Assembly: GCA_944387435.1 (NCBI GenBank)
Contig: CALXEW010000004.1
Span: 23,401-87,400, forward strand
DNA from: an uncultured Clostridia bacterium
Lineage (GTDB): Bacteria; Bacillota; Clostridia; TANB77; CAG-508
Length of the DNA: 64,000 nt
Direction: 5' to 3'
Part shown: one piece after another, positions 31,503 to 42,362 of the stretch
How positions within the stretch are numbered: position 1 is the stretch's first letter
Layout: each line of letters starts with the position of its first letter
Made by a program: the position numbers and the translations under genes
The notes under the pieces: model-generated
Told to the model about the DNA's origin: nothing
What the model saw: the letters and a program-made list of their open reading frames with translations, nothing else
Database searches by the model: none

Positions 31503-33036
31503 AAATATAATTTACGCTTATGTAGGGCAGTTTTTTGGAATTATTGTTAATTTTATAGCTAGAATAGTTTTTATTCGAGTTTTAAACACAGAATATTTAG
31601 GAATTAATGGATTATTTACAAATATTTTATCTGTGCTAGCATTGGCTGAATTAGGTGTTGGAGCTGCTATGGCATTTAATTTATATGAACCATTAGCTAA
31701 AAATGATATAAACAAAATAAAAGCTCTAATGAATTTATATAAAAAGGCATATATAGCTATAGGAGTTTTTATTCTAGTAGTAGGTATAGGGATAACACCA
31801 TTTATTGAATATTTTATAAGTGAAACACCCAATATACAATATTTACATTTTTATTATATATTATTTGTAATTAATACAGCTGTATCATATTTCTTTACAT
31901 ATAAAAGAACTTTATTAGTTTCTGCTCAAAAAAGGCATATTGCAACATTTTATAGATATTTGTTCTATGCTTTGGTTAATATAGCTCAAATAATAATACT
32001 TATAGCAACTAAAAATTATACTTTATTTTTGGTATGTCAAATTATATTTACTTTACTAGAAAATATATGTGTATCCAGAAAAACTGAACAATTATACCCA
32101 TATATAAAAGGAAAAAATACAGAGAAATTAGATAAAAAAAGTTATGACAAAATTTTTAGAGATGTAAAAGCAATGTTTATGAATCGTTTAGGTGTAACAG
32201 TTGTGAAATTTACGGATACAATTATTATTTCAAAGTTCTTGGGATTGGTAGAAGTAGGTTTATATTCAAATTATAAAATGATAACGACTTCATTAACAAC
32301 AATTATTACACAAATATTTACCTCTATAACGGCTAGTGTAGGAAACTTTGTAGTAACGGAAAGTAAAGAAAAAATGGAGATACTTTTTAAAAGAATATTC
32401 TTTATGAATTTTTGGATTTATGCAGTAGTGTCTATATGTTTAGTTGTAGTAACCAATCCATTTATAAAATTTTGGATAGGTGAAGAATTTTTATTAGGTG
32501 AAGATGTTGTCGTCATTATGGTATTAAGTTTTTATTTGTTAGGAATGAAATTGACTATTACAACGTTTAAGGATGCATTAGGGTTGTATTGGAGAGATAA
32601 GTATAGACCTATTTTTACTGTTGTAGTTAATTTATTGGTTGGAATATTATTAGTAAAACCATTAGGTATTATAGGAGTTTTACTAGGTACAATTGCTGGT
32701 ACAGTTTTTGTTGATTTAGTTGTTGAACCATATGTTTTGTATAAATACACTTTTGAAAAAAGTGCGTTAACCTATTATAAAAAATATTTTTTATACAATA
32801 TAACAGCAGTTATGATATCTTTATTTGTAATATGGATTTGCTCATTTGTAAAAATTGAAAATGCTTTACTTGATACTTTAACAAAAGGTTCTATATCATT
32901 TATTATAGTTAATGCTATATTAATAATTATATTTCATAAAAGTGAAAATTATAATTATATGAAGCAAATTATAAGAATGTCAATAGAAATGATAAAAAAT
33001 AAATTTATACATAGTGGAGAAAAGAATGAAGAGTAA
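31480..33036 (+). CDS. Wzx flippase
   Basis: LAELGVG and VGLYSNY motifs; 12-14 TMs. Confidence 0.88.
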   Translation: MRKESSIKNIIYAYVGQFFGIIVNFIARIVFIRVLNTEYLGINGLFTNILSVLALAELGVGAAMAFNLYEPLAKNDINKIKALMNLYKKAYIAIGVFILVVGIGITPFIEYFISETPNIQYLHFYYILFVINTAVSYFFTYKRTLLVSAQKRHIATFYRYLFYALVNIAQIIILIATKNYTLFLVCQIIFTLLENICVSRKTEQLYPYIKGKNTEKLDKKSYDKIFRDVKAMFMNRLGVTVVKFTDTIIISKFLGLVEVGLYSNYKMITTSLTTIITQIFTSITASVGNFVVTESKEKMEILFKRIFFMNFWIYAVVSICLVVVTNPFIKFWIGEEFLLGEDVVVIMVLSFYLLGMKLTITTFKDALGLYWRDKYRPIFTVVVNLLVGILLVKPLGIIGVLLGTIAGTVFVDLVVEPYVLYKYTFEKSALTYYKKYFLYNITAVMISLFVIWICSFVKIENALLDTLTKGSISFIIVNAILIIIFHKSENYNYMKQIIRMSIEMIKNKFIHSGEKNEE

Positions 33037-34310
33037 AAAATGGATATTTATGTTATTTGGTATTTTAATTTTTTGTTTTTTATTTTTTAATAAAAGAACA
33101 ATAATAACTCAAATAATAGATAATGCATTTAATTATGATGTACCAATAAATTTGAATACAGGAGTTATTAATAATAAATATTTTAATATTTTTGATGATG
33201 GAACTCATGAAACGGAAACCACAATGGGAATTAATAATGCAATAAAATATGCAAAGAATAATAATATACAATACATAGCTTTAGAAAAAGGGATTTATTT
33301 AGTAGATGGTTCAGGAGATTTTTATAGTGAAAATGAAGGAATAATACTTGAATCAAATATAACTTTGGATTTAAATGAGTCAAAGATTATACATAAGGAA
33401 ACAAATAGTGAGCATTATTCATTATTAACTATTTTTAATAAAGAAAATGTAAATATAAGAAATGGAATATTAGTAGGAGTAGGAAAAAATGATATAACAC
33501 AGGAGAAACAATGGGGATTTGGAGTGGATATAAGAAATTCAGAAAATATTACAATTGAGAATTTGGAAATTTACGAAATGAACGGTGACGGAATATATAT
33601 ATCGAATTTTAATAATGGAAATAGTATAAATATACAGATAGACAACAATGTAATTCATGATTGTAATAGACAAGGAATAACAATTATTGAAGGAAATGAA
33701 ATAATGATTTCAAATAATGAGATTTTTAATATACGGAGGATTGAATCCACAATCAGGAATAGATTTGGAGGCAAATTATGAAGAACAAGAAATACAAAAT
33801 ATAAAAATTTATCATAACAAAATACATACTGATAATTATGCAATTATTAGTAGTAAAAATACAAGGAATGTAGAAATACAAGATAATGAAATTTATGGAA
33901 AAATAAATGTTTCAGAGGCAACTGAAAAAATAAAATTTATAAGAAATTCTTTTAGAAATGCTTTTCTTAATATTGAACAAGGAGAAAATAAAATTATTAA
34001 AGAAGTGCTAGTAAAAGAAAATACTTTTTATAATAATAGACTTAGAGTAAAAAAAATTGAGAATATAAATATTGAACAAAATTATTTGGAAAATTCTAGT
34101 GTAACAATAATATCTTCTAATGCTAATATATATAATAACAATATGATTAATGCAAGTGATAAAAAAGAAAGTTTTGCATATAGATTTCGACTAGAAGATG
34201 GTGATATGAATAATTATATAATTTTTTATAAAGATAATTTGATAGAAGGACAATATACAATGGATTTAGATATAATGGATAAACCTAATTTAAAAGTGAT
34301 AAGAGAGTAA
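33026..34310 (+). CDS. Membrane-anchored right-handed beta-helix (pectin-lyase-fold) protein; +1 shift at CGG 33734 (427 aa when joined)
   Basis: GDGIYI and NRQGITI repeats; the join gives NI-G-GLNPQSGIDLE, a PQxGID-type motif. Confidence 0.78.
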
Positions 34311-34419
34311 AATATTACAAAAATAACGTTTTTATGACATTTTTGTAACAAATATTGAATAAAAAAGTCTCTTTCTATATACTATTAAATATATAAGTAT
34401 ATAGAAAGGGATTTTTTGA

Positions 34420-36306
34420 ATGAAAAAGGGAATAATAACATTTGTATTTTTGGTTATTTGTATTTTCTTTTGTAGTTTTACATATGCAGAAGATGGGGAT
34501 ATAACAGATACATTTGCAGATGAGAATCTAAGAGCAGAAATATTAGAATTAGCAAAAGAAGCAGTTGGAGATGAAAATAAAACAACAATATATGAATCAG
34601 ATATAGATAGAATAGTAGAAGGACCTGGTGGAAGTTCATTAAGGCTTGCTGGTAAAGGTATAAAAGATTTATCAGGAATAGAAGTATTTAGCGATAAAGG
34701 AATAACATGGATATTTTTAGATTGGAATGAAATTACCGATTTAACTCCTTTGAGAGGATTTAGTTCTTTAGAAAAAATATCATTTAGTGGAAATAATGTG
34801 TCAGATATAAGTGTATTAGGAGGATTAGAGAATTTAGAAAATATAACAGCTATAAATAATAAAATAGAAAATATAGATGTACTAGGAAATTTAGATATGA
34901 AGTATATCTGTTTAGATGGAAATAATATATCTGATATAAGTGTAGTAAGTAATTGGACTAATTTAGTAGATATGTCATTTCAAAATAATAGGATAGAAAA
35001 TATACCAGATTTAAGTGCTTTATCTAACTTAGAGACGGTAAATTTAAGTAATAACAAAATAAAGAGCATAGAAAATATCAATGGAAATATGAAAGAACTA
35101 AGTATTGACAATAATGAGTTACCTTCTTTGTCAGGAATTCAAAATTTATTGTCTTTGGAGATACTTAGTTGTAGTAATAACCAAATAAGTTCTTTAGCAG
35201 AATTAGAAGGCTTATCAAAATTGGAAAATTTAAATATAAATAAAAATCAAATAAGAGATATAGAAAGTTTAGCAAATTGTTCTTTATTAAAATATTTATA
35301 TATGGATAATAATTTTATAACAAATTTTGAAAACCTAAGTAATTTAACTGCTTTAGAAAAATATAGTGCATATAACCAAACAATAGCAGTAGAAATAAAA
35401 GAAAAAATAATAGGAGAAAATGTTGAGATACCATTACCTGATCTATATAAAGCATTATATGATGAAAATTCATTTATATATAAAGAAGGGTTAAAGACAG
35501 AAATTATAGGTGCTTTTGAATATCAAATATCTCAAGAAAATGATACAATAACTTTGAAAGCAGAGGATTTACAAAAAGGAGATATTGTTGTTCAAGTATC
35601 AGATGAATATAATACTTTATTAAAGTATACTATTCAACTAGATAAAATGCCACCACAAATAGAAGGTATAGAAAATGGAAAGACTTATAGTGGAGCAGTT
35701 ATTCCTTCATCTTCTGATGACGATGTAGGTGCAGTAGAACTATATAAAAATGGAGAAAAAATTAATTATGAATTGGGAAATACGATAGCAGAAGAAGGAG
35801 CATATAGGCTAATTATAAGAGATAAAGCAGGTAATGAAACAGTAATAGAATTTAAAATTCAGTATCAATCAGAACCAGAAGAGCCAGATGCAGACACGGA
35901 AGATGAAGAGTTGGAGTCAAATGGTGAAGAATATAAATTAGATGGACAATATATAATTGGAGTAGATCAAAATACATTATTAGAAACTTTTGAACAAAAA
36001 TTAAATGGAAATGTAGACTATAATGTATATAGAAAAGAGGCTTTATTAAAAAATGGAGAAATAGTATCAACAGGAGATAGATTAGTAACAGAATATGGAG
36101 TAACTTTCTATATAATTGTAAAAGGGGATATAACAAAAGATGGAATAACAAATATAAAAGACTTAGTTAAAATAAGAAGAAACATATTAGGATTAGAAGA
36201 ATTTGATGAATTACAAGGAATGGCAGCAGATTTAGCTGAGGATAAAATTATAAATATAAAAGATTTGGTAAGGATTAGAAAAATAATATTAGGTTTAGAA
36301 ATATAG
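34420..36306 (+). CDS. Secreted leucine-rich-repeat protein with C-terminal dockerin
   Basis: Signal peptide; internalin-like LRRs (LxLxxNxI); duplicated GDITKDGITNIKDLVKI / ADLAEDKIINIKDLVRI. Confidence 0.85.
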   Translation: MKKGIITFVFLVICIFFCSFTYAEDGDITDTFADENLRAEILELAKEAVGDENKTTIYESDIDRIVEGPGGSSLRLAGKGIKDLSGIEVFSDKGITWIFLDWNEITDLTPLRGFSSLEKISFSGNNVSDISVLGGLENLENITAINNKIENIDVLGNLDMKYICLDGNNISDISVVSNWTNLVDMSFQNNRIENIPDLSALSNLETVNLSNNKIKSIENINGNMKELSIDNNELPSLSGIQNLLSLEILSCSNNQISSLAELEGLSKLENLNINKNQIRDIESLANCSLLKYLYMDNNFITNFENLSNLTALEKYSAYNQTIAVEIKEKIIGENVEIPLPDLYKALYDENSFIYKEGLKTEIIGAFEYQISQENDTITLKAEDLQKGDIVVQVSDEYNTLLKYTIQLDKMPPQIEGIENGKTYSGAVIPSSSDDDVGAVELYKNGEKINYELGNTIAEEGAYRLIIRDKAGNETVIEFKIQYQSEPEEPDADTEDEELESNGEEYKLDGQYIIGVDQNTLLETFEQKLNGNVDYNVYRKEALLKNGEIVSTGDRLVTEYGVTFYIIVKGDITKDGITNIKDLVKIRRNILGLEEFDELQGMAADLAEDKIINIKDLVRIRKIILGLEI

Positions 36307-36315
36307 GAGAATCAT

Positions 36316-37000
36316 ATGAGAAAATTAAAAATATTTGTTATTTGTGTTATTTTAATATTATGCATACCAATAGTTGTGCAAGCAGCGACAATTAATGTTA
36401 ATTTAAATACAGATACACAAAACTACGAAGTAACAGAAGATAATAATATATTAGTCGTAATATTAGAATTAGGAGATTTTGTAAGTTTACAAGAAGGTAT
36501 GCCTCTTCGGGTATACAGCAACTATTGAATACGATAATTCTATATTTGAAGAGGTCTCTGCAGAAGGATTAAATGGCTGGAATACATCTTATAATAGTAG
36601 TAATAATATGATACTAGGAGATACATCAAGTGGAAATGCAAATACAGAAGTAGCGAAGATAAGTCTTAAAATAAATAATGAAAATGTATCAAACAAAGAA
36701 AATACAACCATAAGATTAAAAGATATGATAATAACAGATGGTAATTTTGAAGTTTCAACAGATAAACAAATAACAATAAATTTAACAAGTAATGATGAGA
36801 ATGTGAATACCCAAAAAGTTCAACAGATAAAAGAAATTACTTCAATATCTGGGGAAGAAACTATAGAAACGATATCTTCAACTACACAAAAAAGCACATT
36901 ACCAAATGCGGGAATGAGAGAAAATATAATAATTGCAATTGTAGTTCTTATAATTTTTACAATTATATTTAAAATAAAATCTAGAAAAATAAAATATTAA
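36316..37000 (+). CDS. Cohesin-like cell-wall-anchored protein (LPNAG); +1 shift at CGG 36508 (227 aa when joined)
   Basis: The joined product aligns end to end with the intact paralog 37172-37900. Confidence 0.82.
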
Positions 37001-37020
37001 TGTGAAAAAAGTTACATTTA

Positions 37021-37062
37021 AAAAGACAAGCTAATTTATTATAATAACTTGCTTGTCTTTTT
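37021..37062 (+). terminator. Intrinsic terminator
   Basis: AAAAGACAAGC / GCTTGTCTTTT inverted repeat. Confidence 0.55.
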
Positions 37063-37171
37063 GTAATATTTTAGAAATAAAAGTGTAATAAAAACTTAAA
37101 ATAAACACTGTTGTCGAAAAAGAAAGATAATGGTAAAATTATAAATAATAATGTAAAGGAAGGAAGTAAAA

Positions 37172-37900
37172 ATGAAAAGAAAAATATTAGCGATAATGAT
37201 GATTATATTTATGATAACTATATTAGGAACAATAAACAGCTTGGCAGCAGGAAATATAGAATTAAACGTACAAGGAGAGACAACAGTAAAAGATACAGAA
37301 AAGACAATAGAATTAACTTTATCATTAGGAAGTTTTACAGAAATAGAAGAAGGTATACCATTAGGATATCAAGGAACATTAGAATATGATGAAAATCTAT
37401 TTGAAGGAATTACTGTTGAAGGATTAAATGGTTGGACAGTAAATTACGAAAATAGTACAAAAGTATTTATGGGAGAAACAGATACAGCAAAAGCAAACAC
37501 TCAAATAGCAAAAATAACTTTAACATTAAAAGATGGAGTAACACCAGGAACAAGTGGAACTATAAATTTTAATGATATATTGTTAACTGATGGAACAAAT
37601 GATTTTACATTCAATAAAGAAATTACAGTAACAATAGAGAATGAAGAAGTAAATAATCCAAGTGAAGGAAATGAAAACGAAGGAAATAATCAAATTTCAG
37701 GAACTAATGAAACAAATACGACTACAAGTACAAATATAAGTACTAATATTTCGAGTATACAAGGAAGTAATACAGATAGAACAACAGCTTCAACAAGGCT
37801 TCCATCTGCAGGAGTGAAAAATATATTAATAATAGCAGTAGTGATAATAAGTATTTTAATGGTAGTGTTTAAAATAAAATCAAGAGATATAAAATATTAA
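37172..37900 (+). CDS. Cohesin-like cell-wall-anchored protein (LPSAG)
   Basis: Signal peptide; beta-rich domain (GYQGTLEYD, GLNGW, IAKITL); Thr/Ser/Asn linker; LPSAG, TM, basic tail. Confidence 0.8.
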   Translation: MKRKILAIMMIIFMITILGTINSLAAGNIELNVQGETTVKDTEKTIELTLSLGSFTEIEEGIPLGYQGTLEYDENLFEGITVEGLNGWTVNYENSTKVFMGETDTAKANTQIAKITLTLKDGVTPGTSGTINFNDILLTDGTNDFTFNKEITVTIENEEVNNPSEGNENEGNNQISGTNETNTTTSTNISTNISSIQGSNTDRTTASTRLPSAGVKNILIIAVVIISILMVVFKIKSRDIKY

Positions 37901-38182
37901 AGTGTAGAAGGTCAAGCAATAATCTTTATTACTTGGCTTTTTAAGTGTTTATTAATAATTAATTATTAATGAAGATAAAAGAATATATTAAAAACTTGCA
38001 AAAAAATGTTTGATATGATATAAATAATAAAATAAAAACTAATAAATTAATTAAATAACAGATATTTTTGCAACAAGCATAGATTAATTACTGTAATTTT
38101 AAAAAATTTCAAAATAAAAGATGTATTATTTAGCAGCCATAAAACAGTAGATAAAAATAATATAGGAGGTTAATTGTAGAAG

Positions 38183-39721
38183 TTGGATAAAAGAAAGAAT
38201 TTAGTAGAAAAACTTTATAATGATTATTATTTATGTGATTATGTAAAAAAATATAAAATAAAAAATATTGAATTTGACAAGCAAGAATATTTTATATTTT
38301 CAAAAATAAATCAAGTTAATAATTATAAAAGAATTGATGAGTTTATAAAATACTTTTCTAAAGAATTTTTAAAAGAAAATCTGAATTTGGAAAAATTTAA
38401 AAAAGATACGTTTTCTATAGAAAAAGCAATGAATAGCATAGCATATCCGTTTTTATTAAATATTGATAGATTAAAAATATTAGAACAGTCTATAACAAAT
38501 GAGCAAGCTAGGATGATTTTTGGAATTTCTGTTTCTGATATATATAATATAACAGGTTTAATAATTATAAGAATATTGGTTTATAATGACTATTTATATA
38601 GAAAAAAGATGACAAGTGATGATAAAATTAATTTTTTTGGTACGACGAAACCTACATGTTGGTTTTCTCCACAAGAGATAAATTTGCTTAATAAAAGTAT
38701 TAAATTAGAAAATATAAAAAAATATTTTAAATTGTTTTCAATTCAATTGGAAGAAATTTCTACTGTAGAAGATACAAAAAAAATTACTAAATGTGAAGAT
38801 AGTTATGTAGTAATGTATTTGGGAGAATTTTGCACATATGTATTCAATTATTGTGAACAGCTAATAATTGAATTTTTTGGAGATTCTAAAAATAATAATC
38901 TGGATAGTTATTATAAAAAAAGAGGAAAAGCTTTCGAAAAATATGTAAAAGATGTTTTAGGTAATTTATATGATAATGTAATAACGAATGCAAAATATAT
39001 AGATAATAAATCAAGAAAGATGGAATTAGATAACTTAGTGATTGAAGATGATATGTGTATTAATTTTGAATGCAAATCAGCAGGATTTAATATATATAAT
39101 TCCAATAATGATAAAGAAACATTAAAAAACTTGAGACAATCTTTTGGTCGAGGATATTTTTCTATAAATACATTTCATAAAACATTAGAAAATAATAAAG
39201 GTATTATTGAGTTAGAAATAAAAAATAAAAGGCAAAAATTAGATTTAAAAGATAAAAAAATAATATCATTTAATGTGACATTATATCCAGTGGAATTTTT
39301 AAGTACGAGTATTCACTATTTTGATCAAGAAAGTGCAAATATCATATCTACATTTCCAATTACAATAAATATTATCGATTTATATAGTATAATATTACTT
39401 AGTACTAAAAATAGGGAAATGTTCAAAATATATGCAAAAGAAAGATTTTTTTCAGTAAATAAAATGGGGAAATTTAAGATAGATTTTGACGAAATAGATG
39501 CTTTTGGATATGTAACAGATACAAGCTTAAAGAATGGTTATGAAATGATGAAAAAATTAATAAATTTGAATAACAATGTTGAACAAGAAATTATAATAAG
39601 TAATGGAGCATATAGGAAAGAAGTAAATGCAATGTTAGCTTCTTATGGTATGTATGTTTTAGCGGATAAATTATTAAATGAAGAGTCAAAGAAGGTTTTG
39701 GATAAGATGTTTACTTGGTAA
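38183..39721 (+). CDS. Hypothetical protein with PD-(D/E)xK nuclease-like motif
   Basis: RGKAFEKY...ELDNLVI...FECKS; very AT-rich; TTG start after AGGAGG. Confidence 0.6.
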   Translation: MDKRKNLVEKLYNDYYLCDYVKKYKIKNIEFDKQEYFIFSKINQVNNYKRIDEFIKYFSKEFLKENLNLEKFKKDTFSIEKAMNSIAYPFLLNIDRLKILEQSITNEQARMIFGISVSDIYNITGLIIIRILVYNDYLYRKKMTSDDKINFFGTTKPTCWFSPQEINLLNKSIKLENIKKYFKLFSIQLEEISTVEDTKKITKCEDSYVVMYLGEFCTYVFNYCEQLIIEFFGDSKNNNLDSYYKKRGKAFEKYVKDVLGNLYDNVITNAKYIDNKSRKMELDNLVIEDDMCINFECKSAGFNIYNSNNDKETLKNLRQSFGRGYFSINTFHKTLENNKGIIELEIKNKRQKLDLKDKKIISFNVTLYPVEFLSTSIHYFDQESANIISTFPITINIIDLYSIILLSTKNREMFKIYAKERFFSVNKMGKFKIDFDEIDAFGYVTDTSLKNGYEMMKKLINLNNNVEQEIIISNGAYRKEVNAMLASYGMYVLADKLLNEESKKVLDKMFTW

Positions 39722-39771
39722 AATATTTTTTATTATATTAAGGTTTAAGAGATTATAATAGAGGTGAAAAC

Positions 39772-40461
39772 ATGTTTTTTAATAATAGAGAATATATTTA
39801 TTTAGTTTGGCAAGATGATAAAAATAGAGATTTTTATGTTGTTGGGCAGTTGTCTAGGAATGGACATTATGAATTTGAATATACAGGAGAAATTGATAAA
39901 GCGACAGAAAATGGATTTCAATTATTATTACCATTTCCAAAAAGAAAGGCAAAATATAAAAGTGATATTTTATTTCCGATATTTTCAAGCAGACTACCTG
40001 ATAGAAAAAGAGAAAATATAAATGAAATATTAGAAAAATATAATATGACAGAATATGACCCTTTTGTATTATTAAAAAATAGTGGAGCGAAATTGCCTAT
40101 TGATAATTTGCAATTTATTGATCCAATAATAAAAGTAGGGGACAAAAAAATAGAAAGAAGATTTTATATTTCTGGAATAAGGTATCAAAATGAATGCCAA
40201 GGAGTAGAATGTGATAAGTTTAAAAATGTGAAAGTTGGAGATAAATTAACTTTAAAATTAGAAAGTGATAATAAAAAGGACAAAAATGCAGTTAAAATTT
40301 TACACGATGGAGAATCTATAGGATATATTCCAAGATATTATAGTGAAAAAGTTAGTGAATTTATAAGAAAATCAGATAAATATGAATGTAAAGTATTGGA
40401 AATTAATAAAGCAAAAAATTGTAATGAGTGTATCAAAGCCGAACTAGTTTTGAATAAATAA
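39772..40461 (+). CDS. HIRAN-domain protein with HipA-N-like N-terminus
   Basis: LFPIFSSRLPDRKR N-domain; ESDNKKDKNAVKI...IGYIP HIRAN motif. Confidence 0.8.
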   Translation: MFFNNREYIYLVWQDDKNRDFYVVGQLSRNGHYEFEYTGEIDKATENGFQLLLPFPKRKAKYKSDILFPIFSSRLPDRKRENINEILEKYNMTEYDPFVLLKNSGAKLPIDNLQFIDPIIKVGDKKIERRFYISGIRYQNECQGVECDKFKNVKVGDKLTLKLESDNKKDKNAVKILHDGESIGYIPRYYSEKVSEFIRKSDKYECKVLEINKAKNCNECIKAELVLNK

Positions 40462-40504
40462 TTAATAAGCTAAAAATATAAAAAATTTAGAGGATAGTTA
40501 AAAT

Positions 40505-40540
40505 AAATCAAGATATTAAAAATAATATCTTGATTTTTTT
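40505..40540 (+). terminator. Intrinsic terminator
   Basis: AAATCAAGATATTA / TAATATCTTGATTT plus T-run. Confidence 0.7.
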
Positions 40541-40620
40541 ACCAAAAATATTGCAAAAAAATGAAGTTAAAGGTATACTATAATAGTGTAAAAAAAGAAC
40601 GAATAATAAAAGGAGGAAAC

Positions 40621-41331
40621 ATGGAAGAATTGGATTTAAAAGAACTATTTAACATTTTTTGGAGTAAAAAAGTGTATATAGTACTAATTGTGCTAATATT
40701 TATAGTGGTTGGAATAATATATACGGTAGGATTTACGACGCCAAAGTATACATCTTCGACAACATTACTGTTAGCAGGTTCAGAAAGTTCAGCAGGAGAA
40801 ACAACAAATTCAATAACTACAACGGATGTAACATTAAACTCAAAATTAGTTTCAACATATAGTGTATTAGTTAGAAGTAAGGATGTATTAAATCAAGTTA
40901 TATCAAATCTTGGTATGGATATTTCATGGGAAGACTTAAGAAATAATGTATCAGTAAGTACAGTAGAAGACACAGAGGTTATAGAATTATCAGTTACAAC
41001 AAAAGATGCAGCGGATTCAGCTAAAATAGCAAATGAAACTGCAAAAGTCTTTTCAGAAAAAGTTTCAGAAATTTATAATATAAATAATGTTCATGTAGTA
41101 GATGAAGCAGAAGTAGAGAATGCACCATCTAACATAAACCATGAAAGAGATGTCATAATATTTGCATTTATTGGTTTAGTTGTATCTGTTATATATGTAT
41201 TAGTTGCTAATATGTTAGATACAACTATAAAAACAGCAGAAGATATAGAAAAAGAATTTAAATTACCTGTACTTGCATCAATACCAATATATGGAAACTC
41301 AGTACAGAAGAGAAAAGGAGGAAAAAGATAA
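40621..41331 (+). CDS. Chain-length determinant / CpsC (Wzz-like)
   Basis: MEELDLKELF, TPKYTSSTT, two TMs and LPVLASIP. Confidence 0.9.
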   Translation: MEELDLKELFNIFWSKKVYIVLIVLIFIVVGIIYTVGFTTPKYTSSTTLLLAGSESSAGETTNSITTTDVTLNSKLVSTYSVLVRSKDVLNQVISNLGMDISWEDLRNNVSVSTVEDTEVIELSVTTKDAADSAKIANETAKVFSEKVSEIYNINNVHVVDEAEVENAPSNINHERDVIIFAFIGLVVSVIYVLVANMLDTTIKTAEDIEKEFKLPVLASIPIYGNSVQKRKGGKR

Positions 41332-42335
41332 TGAGAAAAGAACTTGTAACTCAACAAGACCCTAAATCTCCTATTTCAGAAATTTTTAGAACATTGAGAA
41401 CAAATATACAATTTATGAATACAAAAGGAAAATTAAAAAGTATATTAATAACATCAACTTTACCAGGAGAAGGAAAATCATGGACAGCTTCAAATCTATC
41501 AGTAACGTTTGCACAAGCTGGTAAAAAAGTTGTTTTAATAGATGCAGATATGAGAAAAGGAAGAATATACTCAATATTTGGAGTATCACCAAAGCCTGGA
41601 CTTTCTAATTATTTATCAGGAGTAGGGGTAGAAGATGGAGATACTTCAGGGGATTTAGCTGATTATATACAAGAAACAGATGTGGAAAACTTATATGTAA
41701 TACCAGCTGGAAATGTTCCTCCAAATCCATCTGAATTATTAGTTTCAGAGCAAATGTTAAATTTAATGGAAAAGTTGAGAGACTTATTTGATATAATAAT
41801 ATTTGATGGAACACCAAGTCAGTTAGTAACAGATTCTCTAATATTAGCAAGAATAGTGGACTCAACTGTAATAGTAACAGCAAGTAAGCAAACTAAAAAA
41901 GAAGATTTAAGAAGAGTAATAAAAAACATAAAAAATGTAGGAGGAAGAATAGCAGGTGTAATTGTAAATAAAATTACAATAGATGCTAAAAAATATGAAC
42001 AATCATATTATTATGGTTCTACCTCTTTTTCAGAAAAAAAAGCTACATCAAGGCCAGTAAAACGTTCAAGTAATGATATGTATAATAGAGCATCAAATAT
42101 GATATCAAAAACAAAACAACAAGAAAATGCTTATAAAAAAAATAGTAAAGATAATGTAAGCATTGATATTAAACAAAGTAAATACAATGAATCAAATAAA
42201 GATTTGGGAATACCAAAAGCACTACAAAAAAATACGCAAGTAGATAATAAACAAGAAGTATCTATGGAAAAGACAGCAGAAATATTAAATCAAATGAATC
42301 AATATTTAGATGAAGAAAAGAAAAAATTAAAATAG
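41331..42335 (+). CDS. CpsD/CapB BY-kinase
   Basis: SEIFRTLRTNI, GEGKS, IDADMRK and the SYYY tyrosine cluster. Confidence 0.92.
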   Translation: MRKELVTQQDPKSPISEIFRTLRTNIQFMNTKGKLKSILITSTLPGEGKSWTASNLSVTFAQAGKKVVLIDADMRKGRIYSIFGVSPKPGLSNYLSGVGVEDGDTSGDLADYIQETDVENLYVIPAGNVPPNPSELLVSEQMLNLMEKLRDLFDIIIFDGTPSQLVTDSLILARIVDSTVIVTASKQTKKEDLRRVIKNIKNVGGRIAGVIVNKITIDAKKYEQSYYYGSTSFSEKKATSRPVKRSSNDMYNRASNMISKTKQQENAYKKNSKDNVSIDIKQSKYNESNKDLGIPKALQKNTQVDNKQEVSMEKTAEILNQMNQYLDEEKKKLK

Positions 42336-42362
42336 TAACATATAAGACAAAAGGAGAAAATA

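Noticed and set aside
37111..37389. 92-aa ORF overlapping 37172
   Set aside because: Alternate-frame shadow of the real gene. The same applies to the many minus-strand Leu/Phe/Ser-rich ORFs antisense to AT-rich genes.
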